Notes under the pieces: model-generated
The model's database searches: none
Told to the model about the DNA's origin: nothing
The model's input: only the letters and a program-made list of their open reading frames with translations
Assembly (NCBI GenBank): GCA_963799775.1
Contig: CAWCYD010000003.1
Location: 416,001 to 480,000 of the forward strand
Direction of reading: 5' to 3'
DNA length: 64,000 nucleotides
Source of the DNA: an uncultured archaeon
Lineage (GTDB): Archaea > Thermoproteota > Nitrososphaeria > Nitrososphaerales > Gagatemarchaeaceae
Program-made: the position numbers and the translations under genes
Part shown: positions 62,161-64,000 of the stretch, piece after piece
How positions within the stretch are numbered: position 1 is the first letter of the stretch
Layout of the letters: each line of letters opens with the position of its first letter

Positions 62161-62658
62161 CTAAAACCACGAAGGAAGCTCGAGCGGGTTCTCCTTCTTC
62201 TTGGCTGAACCGTTCCCTGGAGGCATTCCGAAATCGAAAAGGGGGCCGCCTAGCTCTGCGAAGTTCCAAGCATCCGCAGCCTTCGGACTCTTGTCGGGGG
62301 TGGTGCCCGGAAGATCCCACATCGACGGCGCTGATTCCTGCCTCTCTATTCGAAGGTTTCTTGCAGCGTTCGAAGCTGCACGCGAGACCTTCGCCGCTCC
62401 CCTCCCTCTGACGTCTCGCGCCTCCTCCCTGGCGCCACTGAGTCGGCCCGTGGGTCTGGCGATCTCTCTTCTGGCTGCCCGTCTCTCCCTCTGCAGGGCA
62501 ATCTCCCTAGTCGCCTGCTTTCTGGCGCTTTCGTGGGCCTGCTCGAGCTGCTGCCGTCGCTTCTCCTTCTCCTTGGCCGCAATCTCATTCTTAAGCGCCC
62601 GTTCCTTAAGAGCGCGGTCGACGGTGCCACGGAGACCGTGTTTTCGGGGGGTTCCCAT
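62161..62658 (-). CDS. basic coiled-coil protein
   Basis: K/R/E-rich helical N-terminal half; operon position. Confidence 0.6.
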   Translation of the reverse strand: MGTPRKHGLRGTVDRALKERALKNEIAAKEKEKRRQQLEQAHESARKQATREIALQRERRAARREIARPTGRLSGAREEARDVRGRGAAKVSRAASNAARNLRIERQESAPSMWDLPGTTPDKSPKAADAWNFAELGGPLFDFGMPPGNGSAKKKENPLELPSWF

Positions 62659-62698
62659 TTCGACTCTCTGACCACTCCAACACGCAAAAAGGGTCTGC

Positions 62699-63169
62699 TC
62701 AGCGCCGGCGACGTTTGGGCTTCACATCGAAGATATTGACGCTGCTTCCGAGCACCCCGACGTCTGGGCCCTTTGAAGGACGACTCTTCGATAGGGCCTT
62801 CGTGTCGAAGAGGCTCTTCGACCCCTTCAAGGTCGGCATCTCAACGATCAACGGCCGAGCCTTTGTCGGCTTGCCCTCTGTGAAGACGTTCCGAGAGCTC
62901 CCCAGGATCCCTGCATCTATCTTCGGCGACGTGGACGCCTTGGTGCTTCCTGAGCTCTTTGATGGTCCCTCGGCGCCGGTGCTGAGATAGCCCTTGCCGC
63001 CGACCAAAGCAAATTCCTCGATGCGTCCGGTGAGCAAGTTTCTGAAGGGATGGCGTTGCTCCGAGAACCAGGCGCCCTCCTTGCCCTTGGGAGCGCGGGG
63101 TCCGAGCGGCACGTTGAGGTTCAGGAGGATCGGAGGGAGCTCGTCGCCTTTGGGCTGTTTGAGCGTCAA
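62699..63169 (-). CDS. basic low-complexity protein with internal duplication
   Basis: DAGILGSSRNVF / DVGVLGSSVNIF; KRRRR tail. Confidence 0.55.
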   Translation of the reverse strand: MTLKQPKGDELPPILLNLNVPLGPRAPKGKEGAWFSEQRHPFRNLLTGRIEEFALVGGKGYLSTGAEGPSKSSGSTKASTSPKIDAGILGSSRNVFTEGKPTKARPLIVEMPTLKGSKSLFDTKALSKSRPSKGPDVGVLGSSVNIFDVKPKRRRR

Positions 63170-63452
63170 GACTCAGGGTCCTCGATGGACATCAAGAAGC
63201 GTCCCAAAATATGCTTCAGCCTCCCAGCTGAAGGCCTCCATCTGGACCCGGTCTCTAGAAAAAGTTCTCAGCCCCACGACCAAACGGGTCGCCGTGAGCA
63301 AGGGCATGAGCTCAGCCCTCATCGCCGGTCCCGGTTCCCAGTTCACGATGTCAGAGTCACCAAGACTCTCCATCGTAGCGAAGAACTTCTCGCTGCGGTA
63401 GGCCCTGAGAAGCTTGAGGTAGCCGAACCGAAGTGCGCTCCACATCTGCGGT

Positions 63453-63914
63453 CTACTCGACAAAACGCGATTCGGGTTCCTGAGCTCTGACGAGGATTCG
63501 GGTGAGGGGGCCTCGAGCGAAGGTCGCCCATTCGCTGTCCTCTCTGGCCTTGATCTTCCTCTCCTCCACCTTCCAATAGGCCTCTGCGTACTTGTCGTGT
63601 TTGCCTGGAACGACCCTGGTCAGCCTTCCCAAGATGTCGTACTCCAGGTTGTCGATGTTTTCTTCGGCCTCATATCCGCCCCAAGACAGATGCCCGGTAG
63701 CATCTCCAGCGGCCAACTCGACGGTCAGCGAGCGGTGCCATACCTCAGTCGCTATGCCTAGACTGCCGTCAGGATCGCGCCACCAGCTGCTACCGGTGAA
63801 CCAACAGGTAAGTCCTGGGTCGAGCTTCAGCCCCTCGCCCATCGTCCTTTCGAAGGCGGCCGAGTGATAACGGTGGAGATAGAGCCGAATCGCGAGACGT
63901 TCAAGGGTGAGCAT
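63453..63914 (-). CDS. hypothetical protein
   Basis: 153-aa ORF in the minus-strand run, overlapping 63173-63463. Confidence 0.5.
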   Translation of the reverse strand: MLTLERLAIRLYLHRYHSAAFERTMGEGLKLDPGLTCWFTGSSWWRDPDGSLGIATEVWHRSLTVELAAGDATGHLSWGGYEAEENIDNLEYDILGRLTRVVPGKHDKYAEAYWKVEERKIKAREDSEWATFARGPLTRILVRAQEPESRFVE

Positions 63915-64000
63915 CAGGCTCTCAGCTGAGGCTTCGCAGGAAGGGCGAAGATTGCCCTCCTATCCCAGTCAACAACCATCTGCGTCCCACATCCGGCGGG

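Larger units (their letters stand above)
50300..64000. mobile_element. candidate integrated spindle-shaped provirus / accessory island (runs off the window)
   Basis: No core genes; excisionase-like HTH, AbrB, Zn fingers, Mrr, orphan membrane proteins, MCP-like ORF; no integrase or att site seen. Confidence 0.6.

Noticed and set aside
1-64000. CRISPR array, tRNA or rRNA genes
   Set aside because: No repeat-spacer array or recognisable tRNA/rRNA was seen by eye; the 24-bp repeat has only two copies.

Overview
GC-rich archaeal chromosomal segment. The gene set (gatE, rpo12, rps26e, PolB1, archaeal tRNA synthetases) points to a TACK archaeon, probably Nitrososphaerota; this is an inference. About 1-49 kb is core genome: a nurA-herA pair, glyS/tyrS/thrS/proS, a glycosylation cluster with a complete GDP-heptose-type pathway, and PolB1 with two inteins. 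Many essential genes carry single-base frameshifts, best read as long-read errors. Six IS-type elements are present: two related TnpB-only elements with inverted ends sitting in near-palindromic sites, a 256-bp protein-less IS200/IS605 element carrying only an omega-RNA-like sequence, an IS110 whose non-coding end matches its own insertion junctions, an IS6-like transposon with passenger genes, and an IS5. From about 50.3 kb to the window end lies an accessory island with a spindle-virus-like major capsid protein, an Mrr nuclease and many orphan membrane proteins; it is a candidate provirus running off the window.
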